Below the pieces are notes generated by a model. It made no database searches. It had not been told where the DNA came from and saw nothing but the letters and a program-made list of their open reading frames with translations. DNA of 64,000 nt, from assembly GCA_033809515.1 (NCBI GenBank), contig JAPXLN010000002.1, forward strand, positions 6,173-70,172. Reading direction: 5' to 3'. Every line of letters starts with the position of its first letter. Within the stretch, counting starts at the first letter, position 1. The position numbers and the translations under genes are program-made. This DNA is from Bacillota bacterium (GTDB lineage Bacteria > Bacillota > Sulfobacillia > Fermentithermobacillales > Fermentithermobacillaceae). Positions 47,930-57,763 of this stretch are shown here, piece after piece.

Positions 47930-48268
47930 ATGGTTAGGCTTATCGAAGAGGCTCAGATGAGAAAGGACATTCCTGATTTCGGTCCCGGCGATCGTGTGAG
48001 AGTACACTTCAGGGTTGTGGAAGGCGCCCGCGAAAGGATTCAGGCCTTTGAAGGGGTTGTCATCCGGCGTCAGGGCGGAGGATTGAGGGAGACGTTTACG
48101 GTACGAAGGGTTTCCTATAACACCGGCGTTGAGCGGACTTTTCCGGTGCACTCTCCCAGGATCCAGAAGATTGAGGTCCTTCGCCGCGGTCGTGTGAGGA
48201 GAGCGAAACTGTTCTACTTGAGAGGTCTCTCAGGGAAATCTGCGAGGATTCCGGAAGCAAGGCGATAA
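47930..48268 (+). CDS. rplS: 50S ribosomal protein L19
   Basis: ..[31 protein letters not shown].. Confidence 0.9.
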   Translation: MVRLIEEAQMRKDIPDFGPGDRVRVHFRVVEGARERIQAFEGVVIRRQGGGLRETFTVRRVSYNTGVERTFPVHSPRIQKIEVLRRGRVRRAKLFYLRGLSGKSARIPEARR

Positions 48269-48271
48269 TAT

Positions 48272-48775
48272 ATGCAGACCGTACGGGATATCCTGGAAAC
48301 CGTACTCATAGCGCTTATCCTCGCTGTACTGATACGTTCTTTTGTGGTAGAGCGGTTTGTGGTTGAGGGTCGTTCCATGGAGCCCACCTTGCATAGCACT
48401 GACATGGTTTTGGTACTGAAGACGGTCTACAGGCTTGGACCGGTCAAGCGAGGCGATGTGGTTGTATTCCGGTATCCCTTCGACACTAGCAAGGATTATA
48501 TAAAACGCGTGGTGGCTGTAGGCGGGGACACGGTTCAGATACGCCTGGGCAGGGTGTATGTTAATGGACAGCTTAAGGAAGAACCCTATGTTCAAGATCC
48601 CGGATTCTTCGAAATGAAGAGTGTTCACGTGCCTGAAGGCTCAGTGTTTGTCATGGGAGATCATAGGACTGACAGCGAGGATTCGAGAAGCTTCGGCCCG
48701 GTCTCTGTGGACCTCATGAAGGGGAAGGCTGTGGTGAGAATATGGCCTCTAAAGGCCGCAGGTTGGCTAAGGTAG
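48272..48775 (+). CDS. lepB: Signal peptidase I
   Basis: TM anchor, then ..GRSMEPTL.. (Ser box), ..KRVVAVGGD.. (Lys box) and ..GDHRTDSEDSR... Confidence 0.85.
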   Translation: MQTVRDILETVLIALILAVLIRSFVVERFVVEGRSMEPTLHSTDMVLVLKTVYRLGPVKRGDVVVFRYPFDTSKDYIKRVVAVGGDTVQIRLGRVYVNGQLKEEPYVQDPGFFEMKSVHVPEGSVFVMGDHRTDSEDSRSFGPVSVDLMKGKAVVRIWPLKAAGWLR

Positions 48776-49614
48776 GTCCGCCCGCCAGGAAGGAACATCC
48801 CGGGTTTCCGGGGGGAAGAACCCTTAAGATGGTCGATCTAATACTGTTCCTGGCTGATTCCAGGATCCCGTGGACATCGGTAAGACTTGCCGAGCCTTAT
48901 CTGGGTGCGAAAAGACGGGTCTATGTGCTTACCAAGCCTGACCTGGCTAACAAGGGTCTGACTCAGCAATGGCTTGAGGTCTTTTCAGAAAGCACACAGG
49001 CTTTTGCGGTCAATTGCAGGTCAGGCCAGGGTCTTCCTGCGCTTTTAAGGTATCTCCGAGATGCATGGCAAGATCTGGGATCCCCCGGCGGGGGGGCGGT
49101 GGAGAAGAGGCCACTCCGGATCATGTTGTTCGGTGCCCCTAACGTCGGAAAGTCATCTTTAGGCAACCGCCTTCTGGGAAGTCAAAAAGCGCCTTTTGGG
49201 GCCAGACCCGGGTTAACCAGGGGAAGCCACTGGCTTAAGGGGAGAGAGTTTCTCCTTGTGCTGGATACGCCCGGAGTCCTTGATACTTCCCTGGTCAAGG
49301 GCACTGCCAGGACAAAACTGGCAGCAGCGTGGGCACTCCGGGAGAACGCCTATGACGCGGAAGAGGTTGCCCTATGGTTAGCCGGGAGAATTTCGGGTCC
49401 TGAGCTGAAGCCCCTGGACTACTTGAAGGAATTCGGCCGTTCACGTGGCTTTCTGGGCGCAGGAGGCGCGCTTGACATGACAAGAACATTCCAGGCATTT
49501 GTCAGAGAGTTCCAGGAAGGGACTTTGGGATCCTTTACCCTGGAAAAGCCCGAAGATTTCCCGGCATCGCCCGGGCCTCCAGGTCATTTGAAGGGCGCTC
49601 CCGGGGAACAATAG
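48742..49614 (+). CDS. rbgA: Ribosome biogenesis GTPase A (YlqF/RbgA), circularly permuted GTPase
   Basis: ..LTKPDLA.. (G4), ..GAPNVGKSSL.. (G1), ..DTPGVL.. (G3). The start is uncertain within the lepB 3' end. Confidence 0.8.
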   Translation: MASKGRRLAKVGPPARKEHPGFPGGRTLKMVDLILFLADSRIPWTSVRLAEPYLGAKRRVYVLTKPDLANKGLTQQWLEVFSESTQAFAVNCRSGQGLPALLRYLRDAWQDLGSPGGGAVEKRPLRIMLFGAPNVGKSSLGNRLLGSQKAPFGARPGLTRGSHWLKGREFLLVLDTPGVLDTSLVKGTARTKLAAAWALRENAYDAEEVALWLAGRISGPELKPLDYLKEFGRSRGFLGAGGALDMTRTFQAFVREFQEGTLGSFTLEKPEDFPASPGPPGHLKGAPGEQ

Positions 49615-49625
49615 CCCCGGAGGCT

Positions 49626-50528
49626 GTGCTTCGCATGGGAGAACCACTTCGCTTGTCATCAAGGCACTGGTGGAACTATGGTTTTGTGGCGGCCATCATA
49701 CTCTTGGGAGTATCCTGGCTTACGCCTGTTATTGACGGCAGAGGTGTGGCGCTGGGCCTTCTGGCATGGGTTGTTGTGGGATGGATCTTTGCGCGGACGC
49801 TTCTGTACGAACACCTTGGTTTCTTTGAGCGTCACATTGCTCATGATTATGCCAAGTCTGCCAGGTTCTACAGGAAGTCTGTGGACTCTGGTGAAGGTAC
49901 TCCTCAGTGCTACGCGGCCCTTGCAAGTCTTTGTCTGGCCGAAGGAGATACACTTGAAGCTGCCTCTCTCTTAGAGCAAGCCACACCTTTGCTAAAGTCC
50001 GACGCCTATGCCTGGGCTTTGTTTTCCAAGGCTTTGCTAAAAGCCGGAAGACAGAAGGAGGGGCTTGAGGCCGCAATGCAATGCCGGTCCCTGGATCCCA
50101 AGGGTCCTATAGGCTATGTTGCGCTGGGTGATGCAATGAAAGCTTCGGGCAATCTCGTTGAAGCAGCTTCTGCCTATCAAGAGTCGCTTAAGCGCTGTAC
50201 TAATCTGCATGATTCCAGAGTGAAACTAGCGGAAATCTACTTTGCTTTGGGTTACGCGGAAGAAGGGCTGAAGGAAGCAGAACGCGTACTTAAAGCGCGT
50301 CCGCGTGACCCGGACGCGCTTTACTGGTACGGCAAAATGACCCTATCAAGAGGCGATTACTCGCGGGCCCGTCAGAGTCTTCATGCGGTCCTGGAGAACC
50401 GGTCCTTCAGTGATCGTTTATACTCAGTGCCGTACGAGCAAGTCATTGCTGCAGTGGCAGACCTGGGTCTTTTGGCCGGCGGGAACTACATGCCCTCATC
50501 TGGTCAAGACGTAAGTAAGGCTCATTAA
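49626..50528 (+). CDS. Membrane-anchored TPR-repeat protein
   Basis: Two N-terminal TM helices followed by several TPR-like repeats. Confidence 0.5.
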   Translation: MLRMGEPLRLSSRHWWNYGFVAAIILLGVSWLTPVIDGRGVALGLLAWVVVGWIFARTLLYEHLGFFERHIAHDYAKSARFYRKSVDSGEGTPQCYAALASLCLAEGDTLEAASLLEQATPLLKSDAYAWALFSKALLKAGRQKEGLEAAMQCRSLDPKGPIGYVALGDAMKASGNLVEAASAYQESLKRCTNLHDSRVKLAEIYFALGYAEEGLKEAERVLKARPRDPDALYWYGKMTLSRGDYSRARQSLHAVLENRSFSDRLYSVPYEQVIAAVADLGLLAGGNYMPSSGQDVSKAH

Positions 50529-52078
50529 TCGAGTTCGGTCCACCTCCAGAGTCACTGTTTCCTGGATGCTGCCAGGTTCGGCCGTCCCGGTGAAGACCAC
50601 CGGATAAGAACCGTCAGACACTTCAGAGGACAGCCGGAAGGTGTTGTGCCACAGGCCGGTTTGAGGGTCCCTGACCAAGGGAATCTCTTGCCCGAGGAGA
50701 TGGCATAGGACAGATACTATACTGTCGGCAGCCCTGCAGTTAAGATGCAAGGTCACAGGCGGACAGGCAGGGTTAGGTGTGATATCCGGCATCAACCACA
50801 AGCTTTGTTCGTGTGTAAATGAGAGGGTTGCTTCTCTTCTTGCCCGGGGAAATTGAGCTACAATGGTAAGCCCTTGGCTGCCATAGGGTAAGCTCGGATC
50901 TACAGCAATCTCAGCGGTCCAGACCGTGTTTCCCGGAGAGGGTACCAGGGGCCATGTCCGCCCGTCTGCAAGAACAGCTCTGACGCTGACCCCTTCAGGC
51001 CGGGTATATGCGCGTATTGCCAAAGTGGTGCCATCTTTGCACACAGTCGGAGAAAGGTAAGCTGTAAGGGAATGGGTCTGAATCTCCAGAGGCAGAGGTA
51101 TCGAAAGGAACTGCCTATCACGCCTATCCTTAACCCATGCTTGATAGTAGTATATGCCGTCAGCCGACTTATTGCCGTTGTCATCTTTTCCGTCCCAGGT
51201 TAAGACGGTAGGAGGTGCTCCCGGCAGTCCCTCAGGGTTGAACCTCTTGACTGTCTTTCCGGATGCCGTGGTCACAACCATCTGCCACTCTGAGATCCCT
51301 CGGTTCTTGAGGTACCCCAGAAGGAAATCTACGGTATCGTCAACGCCATCGCTGTCAGGCGAAAACACGTCCAGGGACGCCTGTACCCGGATAAGGCAGC
51401 ACCGGTAGATGACAGTTACAGCTTCTGCTCTTGTCATGTTGTGCATTGGCCTTATGGTCTTATCATCAAAGCCCCTGATTATGTCGAGCTTTATGGCTGA
51501 TGCCATGGATTTCCGGCGTTCGGCGCTTACCTTGTGGCCGTCTTTGAAGCGGTTAAGAAGGTACTGTACTTCCTCTTCTGGCAGAGACTGGGCATAGCCG
51601 CAAAGATTAAGAGACCGGATCAAAAGCTCTACAACGTCCTGGCGAACCATGTACGAATCCGGGCAAAACAGTTGTCCGGCAGGCACAAAGAGGATTCCAC
51701 CTGCCAGAGCTCCTTCTATCCACTTCCAGGCGGGTTTTCGCCGGTAAATCTCGTAGCTGCGAGGGACATCGGGGTATGAAGGTATAGCCGGTTCCCGAGG
51801 TGAGCACGAAAACACTTTGCATAGCAACGTCCCGAGCTGTGCGTGAGTAATGTGGTGATCAGGGTAGAAATAGGCCGTGTTTGCCCCAAGCACCAAGCCG
51901 TCAGTAACCTTTTCCTGCCATAGCGTATAGAGGTAAGGGCTGAACCATTGGAAGTCTCCGTCTCTGTACCACGGCTCATATTGCTCTTCTTCCTCCAGGG
52001 CAAAGGCGATTCTTGGCGAAAGACAGGCCATAAGCGTCAAGGCTGTCAGTGACAAAATAAGACTTTTCTTCTTCATGG
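50496..52078 (-). CDS. Secreted S-layer-homology (SLH) domain protein with a FlgD-Ig-like domain
   Basis: The start at 52078 has minus-strand GGAGGG. Signal peptide MKKKSLILSLTALTLMACLS. SLH-type repeats follow (..FQWFSPYLYTLWQEKVTDG..). ..TWDGKDDNGNKSADGIYYYQAWVKD.. is FlgD-Ig-like. Confidence 0.7.
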
Positions 52079-52162
52079 GAACCCTCCTAGGGCCGCCGGC
52101 ATCCGTATTATACCATTTCATGACCGCAAAACACCAGATTCTAGCAAAATTGCAACTTACTG

Positions 52163-52191
52163 TTGACACAGGACGCAACGGTATGTAATAT
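52163..52191 (+). promoter_or_regulatory. Sigma-A-type promoter for the tad operon (TTGACA-17-TAATAT)
   Basis: Consensus -35 at 52163-68, a 17-nt spacer, and -10 at 52186-91. Confidence 0.55.
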
Positions 52192-52394
52192 TCTGGGTGA
52201 TGGTAATAGTTACCAGAAGGCCGTGCCCGGTCAGTTCCGGTACGGGCCCACTGAAAGGGGGTGTAACCGGGCCCCGACCGCAAATACCTGGCGATCATTC
52301 GCCGCCGGCGCCCTTCGCAGCCCTTCCCGGCCGGGTACGGCTACCCATCAAGAGGTGATGAGCTATTCTCAGGAACGCCATTAAACGACATAGG

Positions 52395-53045
52395 ATGCTT
52401 ATAGCTGCCGTCGCGTTAGGGATTTCAGCAGCATGTCTGTGGTTTCAGATTACTGCGTCATACGTGAAGACAGGAAGCGTGATCACTGCCGTCAGGGACA
52501 TTGACGCTTTTCAGCGACTTGAGTTGTCTGATATTCGGGTAACGGAAATGCCGGTTAAGGCCATTCATCCGGCTTCTCTCACAAGGATCGAGGATGTGCT
52601 TAACAGCTATGCTCGCACCAGGATATGTGCCGGACAGGTCATCCTGTCCGGCCATGTTATTTCGGGGATTAAGGGGGCCGGCCGGTCTATGGATATACCT
52701 CCCGGGAAAAGGTTCATGTTTGTTTCAGCCAACCTGAGCCGTGCAGTCGGAGGCCTTCTTAAGGCGGGTGAGCGGGTAGATTTCATTTTTGCCCTGAGAT
52801 CAACCGGTTATGGTACAAGTGGTCCCCATTCGGCCACCATTCTTAGAGATGTTCTTGTTGTTGACGTGCTGCAAGATTCCGGAGGAGAACTGCAAGGAGT
52901 GCTTATCCAGGCCTCCCCCGACGAATGTGAGCTGCTGGCCGGTTATCTGGAGGTCGCGTCCGTCTATATCACTTTAGGTCCCAGGTCGTCTCACTCTGCC
53001 GCTGGCAGCCGGGAAACGGAGGTCGAATCTGGATATGAGCGGTAA
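52395..53045 (+). CDS. cpaB: Flp pilus assembly protein CpaB/RcpC (SAF domain)
   Basis: N-terminal TM helix, a SAF-like domain, and first position in the tad operon. Confidence 0.75.
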   Translation: MLIAAVALGISAACLWFQITASYVKTGSVITAVRDIDAFQRLELSDIRVTEMPVKAIHPASLTRIEDVLNSYARTRICAGQVILSGHVISGIKGAGRSMDIPPGKRFMFVSANLSRAVGGLLKAGERVDFIFALRSTGYGTSGPHSATILRDVLVVDVLQDSGGELQGVLIQASPDECELLAGYLEVASVYITLGPRSSHSAAGSRETEVESGYER

Positions 53046-54141
53046 GCCTTCTTTGCTCATAGCAGGAAGTGGGACTTTTGAAAGCCATGCTCTGGCAAGA
53101 TGGCCCGGAGTACGGTTGGTGGGTTCAGTTCGGGATCTGTCTCTGGTGGAGTTCATAGTGTCAACATCGGTTGTTGACTTAGTGGCTGTAGACCCAACTC
53201 TGTCCCCTAAAGGCGAAACCTTTCAAGCTTGGGCAAGTCGCTTCAGAGCGGGTTTTCCAAATGTCTCCCTGGTAGTGCTGGAAGAGGGCCTCCAATCCGG
53301 CGGGGCACTGAGTGTCCGTACAGGTGAAGACGGTGTCAAGACAAATGTCCTGACTTCTCAGACCATAGTTATATGGAGTCCCAAAGGCGGGGTTGGAAAG
53401 ACGTTTCTCGCAACTAATCTGGCCTGTGCTGCGGCGGTGGCCACTTCCGGAAAAGCGGTGCTTTTGGACCTGGACCTTTGTTCCGGTGATGTTCCGGTTC
53501 ACCTGGATCTCATGCATGGCCCCACAATCACCGAAGTTGTTCCTAACCTGAAAGACATGAGACCGGACGGGCTGGGCAAGTATGCCCAAAGGCATGTCCC
53601 TTCAGGTCTGAATGTAATTTGCAGCCCTCGAAGGCCTGAACTCTATGACCTGGTCAATCATGAGCATGTAAGGTGCCTTCTTTCCCTCGCTGCAAAGAAG
53701 TGGGGTCTGGTGTACGTAGATACGCCCCCGGACATAACCAGTGACGTAGTGGGCGAGTGCGTAGATGCAGCCTCCAAAGTGGTCCTTGTGGTTACGCAGG
53801 ACATTGCCACATTGTGGCAATGCAAAACCGCAATAGACATTCTGATGAAGCTGGGCTTGCCAGGCGATTCGGTGGCTGTGGTTCTCAACCGTGTGGCCAA
53901 AGAATCCATCATGCCTGAAAGCAAAATCCAGGATTTCCTGGGCGTGGACCTTGCCGGGTCTATTCCCGACGATCGCAAAGCTGTCGAAAGGTCCGTCTAT
54001 GAAGGCAAACCCGTTGTGCTCTATCCCAAGAACGAAATGGCTGATGCTATATGGCAGATCGCCGTCAGACTCACACCGGGACTCCCAGTGGAAAGAGAAG
54101 AGCTGAGACCCAAGAAAGTAAGGAGGGGATTCTTTTGGTGA
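53035..54141 (+). CDS. cpaE: Flp pilus assembly ATPase CpaE/TadZ (ParA/MinD-like with degenerate receiver N-domain)
   Basis: ..IWSPKGGVGKTFLATNLA.. deviant Walker A, plus an N-terminal receiver-like domain. Confidence 0.75.
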   Translation: MSGKPSLLIAGSGTFESHALARWPGVRLVGSVRDLSLVEFIVSTSVVDLVAVDPTLSPKGETFQAWASRFRAGFPNVSLVVLEEGLQSGGALSVRTGEDGVKTNVLTSQTIVIWSPKGGVGKTFLATNLACAAAVATSGKAVLLDLDLCSGDVPVHLDLMHGPTITEVVPNLKDMRPDGLGKYAQRHVPSGLNVICSPRRPELYDLVNHEHVRCLLSLAAKKWGLVYVDTPPDITSDVVGECVDAASKVVLVVTQDIATLWQCKTAIDILMKLGLPGDSVAVVLNRVAKESIMPESKIQDFLGVDLAGSIPDDRKAVERSVYEGKPVVLYPKNEMADAIWQIAVRLTPGLPVEREELRPKKVRRGFFW

Positions 54142-55448
54142 GCATTCTCAAGAAGCTGGAGTCTGAAACGTACCGCGCAGCTGAGTTCCGTCAGAATGCA
54201 AGGGAGCACTCGCTGGAAGACGTAGTTGAATCCGTCCGGGAGAAGGTGCTTGAGACCCATCACGAGCTGGTCGTGTCAGCTAGGATGTCCAGAGACAAGC
54301 GAGACGAAATGGTAGCTTTAGTCTCTGAACTGATCGTTTCCGAAGACCTGTACGTAGGCAAGCTGACAAGGAAGGATCTGGCCGAACGCATAGTCCAGGA
54401 AATATGCGGACTCGGTCCCATAGACGAGTTTCTCAGTGATCCTTTGATTACCGAGATCATGGTGAACGGGCCTGATGAGGTCTACGTTGAGCGGGACGGC
54501 GCAATCGTGCAAACTCCCGTCCGGTTTAGAGACCATGCCCATGTGCTGGACCTGATCAACAGGATCGTAAGCAGCGTTGGACGGAGGGTAGACCGCTCAA
54601 GTCCCTTTGTTGATGCCAGGTTGCCCGACGGGTCCCGGATTAACGCTGTCATACCCCCGCTGGCCCTCAACGGACCTGTCCTGACTGTGCGGCGTTTTCC
54701 CAGGAGGTACCTGTCAACTGCTGAGCTGGTAGATCTGGGCTCAATGCCCCGGGAGATCGCCGGATTTCTGGAAGCTTGTGTGAGCATGCGCTTGGACATT
54801 GTGATATCAGGGGGAAGCGCCAGCGGGAAGACGACCACCCTTAACGTCCTGGCAAATTCCATCGACCCTGCAGAGCGCATTATTGTAATCGAAGATTCCT
54901 CTGAAGTACGGGTGCAAGGTCATCACGTTGTATACCTTGAGACACGCCCTGAGAACCTCGAAGGGAAAGGTCTGGTGACCATAAGGGACTTGCTTCGAAA
55001 CGCCCTGCGGATGCGGCCCGACAGAATCGTGATCGGAGAATGCAGAGGCAAAGAGACCCTGGACCTCATCTCTGCTATGAATACAGGTCACGAAGGTTGC
55101 CTGTCTACAATACATGCCAACTCATCCAAGGATTGTCTTGAGCGCCTATGTGCCATGGCCATGATGTCAGAGGAAGGTGTTCCCCTGCATGTGCTCAGGT
55201 CATGGATAGCCAGTGCCCTGGACATAGTTGTCCACCAGACCAAAGGACCGGGAGGATCCCGGTTGGTGGAAGAGGTGTCTCTGGTGGGAGAGTCTGCAGG
55301 CGAAGTCATAGTGTACCCTGTGTATACCCTTGAACACGGTCCTCTTTCGGGTTCGCCCCCATCATGGTTTCAGGCCAAAATCGGACAAGATCGTGCCCTA
55401 AGACTGTTTTCGCTGCTGACATTAAGCAATAAGGGTGAAATACAATGA
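54138..55448 (+). CDS. cpaF: Flp pilus assembly secretion ATPase CpaF/TadA
   Basis: Walker A GGSASGKTTTLN, ..IVIGECRG.., ..GHEGCLSTIHANS... The GTG at 54138 has an AGGAGGGG RBS and overlaps the cpaE stop. Confidence 0.85.
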   Translation: MSILKKLESETYRAAEFRQNAREHSLEDVVESVREKVLETHHELVVSARMSRDKRDEMVALVSELIVSEDLYVGKLTRKDLAERIVQEICGLGPIDEFLSDPLITEIMVNGPDEVYVERDGAIVQTPVRFRDHAHVLDLINRIVSSVGRRVDRSSPFVDARLPDGSRINAVIPPLALNGPVLTVRRFPRRYLSTAELVDLGSMPREIAGFLEACVSMRLDIVISGGSASGKTTTLNVLANSIDPAERIIVIEDSSEVRVQGHHVVYLETRPENLEGKGLVTIRDLLRNALRMRPDRIVIGECRGKETLDLISAMNTGHEGCLSTIHANSSKDCLERLCAMAMMSEEGVPLHVLRSWIASALDIVVHQTKGPGGSRLVEEVSLVGESAGEVIVYPVYTLEHGPLSGSPPSWFQAKIGQDRALRLFSLLTLSNKGEIQ

Positions 55449-56200
55449 CTGCACTGGTCTCCACACTGATCGGAGCGGCTGTTATGCTCGCGACCATGCA
55501 CTTTGTCGGAACAGACCGCGTACGGAGCCTTGCCGGCGCCTATGGGGCAAATCCGGGTTCCGGATTCTGGGACCGTGTCCTTGCACGGCTGAGGGACCTC
55601 CCCAAGAAGGCGCTGACGAAGGACAATGACTCTGCCTCCTGGGAGGAAGCTGCGTTTTCGCTGGCGTTTCATCTGAGGGCAGGCGAGCCTCTTGCGCAAG
55701 CGCTCAGGGCTGTTGCTGAGGAAGGAGAGGGGTTTGCCCAATCGTGCCTCATGAAAGCATACAGAAGGTACGAGGCAGGCGCTGCATTGCCTGCAGCCCT
55801 TAGTGACACCGGAAGTCATATCCCGGAAATGTCGTATATGTCGGGCATATTTGAGGTCGGTTTGGCCAGCGGAGGGGACTTGCCCGCCCTTTTGTGCCAT
55901 GCCAGCGAAGCTCTTCGTCGCCGGAGGCTTTTCCAGAAAGAAGCAAGCTCCAAGCTTGTGGAGGCCCGCCTGACAGCATACCTGCTGGCTGTGCTTCCAT
56001 GGGTGATAGCGTTTGCCACGTTCAGGCAAGACCCGAAACTGTGGCGGATGTTGGTGGACGACCCACGTGCCCAGGTCTTGGCTCTGGTCAGTCTGATCCT
56101 ATGGGCTGCCGGAAACATGCTGGTAATCTGGTTGATCCGTTCCGCCGTGCCCAGGGTGAGGTATTCATCCGGGAGCGCTGAAGGGGGCGACCGCCGGTGA
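55445..56200 (+). CDS. tadB: Flp pilus assembly inner-membrane protein TadB (T2SSF family)
   Basis: Polytopic T2SSF-like protein. ATGA overlap with cpaF. Confidence 0.75.
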   Translation: MTALVSTLIGAAVMLATMHFVGTDRVRSLAGAYGANPGSGFWDRVLARLRDLPKKALTKDNDSASWEEAAFSLAFHLRAGEPLAQALRAVAEEGEGFAQSCLMKAYRRYEAGAALPAALSDTGSHIPEMSYMSGIFEVGLASGGDLPALLCHASEALRRRRLFQKEASSKLVEARLTAYLLAVLPWVIAFATFRQDPKLWRMLVDDPRAQVLALVSLILWAAGNMLVIWLIRSAVPRVRYSSGSAEGGDRR

Positions 56201-56940
56201 ACGTTTCCACAGTGACCGGGTGTCTTTTGGGTCTGTCAGCTTTTCTTGCAGGGTACTCGGCCTTGACTGCCAGGGAGAGACGCCTTTCTTACCGGACTTC
56301 CACAGCATATGACAAAAACCGGTTCTCGTTTGGGCTGGGAGAGCCTCCTGCCATGTACCTGGCCTGTGCTTTTGTTCTTGCCATCCTGCCGGCAAGAAAA
56401 AACGCCTTTGCATCCAGGTTCGTTCCTTACTTCCTGGTCTGGCCCGGGATAGTGTTTGCAGCCCGGCTGAACCGGCGGCGGGCAGCCCGGAAGAAGATTG
56501 ATGAATTCAGTGCCGGTTGGCCCGACTTATTGGAAAGCATGGCAGTGGCGGCCCTATCAGGAGTTGATCTGACCACCTCTCTTGAAGTGGCAGCAAGAAG
56601 AACCGGCGGGTGCCTCAGAGAGGAACTGGACAAGGTGATCTTAAGGGCATCAAGCGGCCAATCTGTGGGTCAGGCTCTGGCCGCCCTGGAGAAAGACATG
56701 CACGTTGTTTCCAGACTAAGGTCTACTTTAATACAGGCGGAAGTATTGGGCACGCCCGTGGCTGAGGTGCTCAGCGCCCTTGCAGAAGAGTACTACACAA
56801 CCAGGAGGCAAGAGGTGGAACAGCGCTTTAACGCTCTTCCCGTGAAACTCACTGTTGTGACAGTCCTGTTTCTCCTTCCTCCGGTTCTCATTATCTCAGT
56901 GATGCCCCACTTGCTGGCGTTTATGGGCACAGGCTGGTAA
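56197..56940 (+). CDS. tadC: Flp pilus assembly inner-membrane protein TadC (T2SSF family)
   Basis: Second T2SSF paralogue. GTGA overlap with tadB. Confidence 0.7.
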   Translation: MNVSTVTGCLLGLSAFLAGYSALTARERRLSYRTSTAYDKNRFSFGLGEPPAMYLACAFVLAILPARKNAFASRFVPYFLVWPGIVFAARLNRRRAARKKIDEFSAGWPDLLESMAVAALSGVDLTTSLEVAARRTGGCLREELDKVILRASSGQSVGQALAALEKDMHVVSRLRSTLIQAEVLGTPVAEVLSALAEEYYTTRRQEVEQRFNALPVKLTVVTVLFLLPPVLIISVMPHLLAFMGTGW

Positions 56941-57000
56941 GAACCCCGGCCATGCCAGGCCGTCCGGGCTGAAGAAATGCTTCAGGAGGGAGGTGACAAA

Positions 57001-57231
57001 ATGCTGGAGATGTGTGTGAAGATGATGTGCTTGCGCAGCAGGTTTCAAGACACGTTCAGGAGGGTATTGAGACGGGAAGAAGGGGCCACTGTGGCTGAGT
57101 ATGCGCTGATTTTGGCTGTGGTGGTTACCGGCCTTATCCTGGTTCTAGGGTCGCTACGAGAGAAATTGGCAGCAAAAATCACTGAGATCATGAATCAGAT
57201 CGATTCTGCACCGGTAGGGCCCGGGTCTTAG
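57001..57231 (+). CDS. flp: Flp/Fap-family prepilin
   Basis: GGAGGGAGGTG RBS. The Flp motif ..EEG|ATVAEYALILAVVVTGLI.. gives a predicted TadV cleavage after Gly. The leader is unusually long and contains Cys. Confidence 0.7.
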   Translation: MLEMCVKMMCLRSRFQDTFRRVLRREEGATVAEYALILAVVVTGLILVLGSLREKLAAKITEIMNQIDSAPVGPGS

Positions 57232-57367
57232 AGGTTCCATTCACTGTTAGGTGTTAAGAACGGTTGCCTGCCAAGTTGCTGTATCGAGAAACTTGAGTTA
57301 GGGAGGATGCCGTGTGTGGCCAAGACCGGGTAGCAGCTGTAGGAAATCCGGTGAAAGGGAGAACCTC

Positions 57368-57763
57368 GTGAAAGGGGAAGAAGGACAAGCTGTTGCTGAG
57401 TTCAGCCTGGTTCTGTTTCTTCTGGTGCTCATGCTTTTTGCCATTTTGGAGACAGGTCTTCTTCTCAACGCCAAACTGGCGCTTAGCTCGTCTGCCAGGG
57501 AAGTTGCCAGGCTTTGCGCAGTGGAAGGCGGCAACACCCAGAAGGTCAGGGAAACCCTTGAGCATATTCTTGCAGCGGCGGGGCTTCCTCCCGGCCAAGT
57601 GGAGGTATCTATCCGGCCCACTCAGGCAATCTACGGCACGACCCTCTATGTGGACATGCGTCATGAGTACGTAATCAAGAGTCCGGTGGTGGCGGCCTTT
57701 ACGGGCCCCACCATCGCCATAACTGCAAGGGCGGTGACCAGAAGTGAGTTTGTGCCCAGGTAA
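57368..57763 (+). CDS. tadE: TadE-like pilus assembly/pseudopilin protein
   Basis: ..EEGQAVAEFSLVLFLLVLMLFAILETG.. TadE N-terminal motif. The GTG at 57368 has an AAGGGAG RBS. Confidence 0.65.
   Translation: MKGEEGQAVAEFSLVLFLLVLMLFAILETGLLLNAKLALSSSAREVARLCAVEGGNTQKVRETLEHILAAAGLPPGQVEVSIRPTQAIYGTTLYVDMRHEYVIKSPVVAAFTGPTIAITARAVTRSEFVPR

Noticed and set aside
52163-52384. 73-aa ORF covering the tad leader
   Set aside because: It begins inside the -35 element and has no RBS. The region is better explained as a 5' UTR.
52199-52394. Assignment of the tad leader to the c-di-GMP-I/II riboswitch classes
   Set aside because: I could not find the characteristic conserved blocks (for example the GGGACGCAAAGCC-like core) by eye. 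It is left as an unclassified structured leader.
55370-56029. 219-aa minus-strand ORF inside tadB, and 57254-58412 minus-strand ORFs opposite flp/tadE/tadG
   Set aside because: Antisense to a coupled operon with no start signals.
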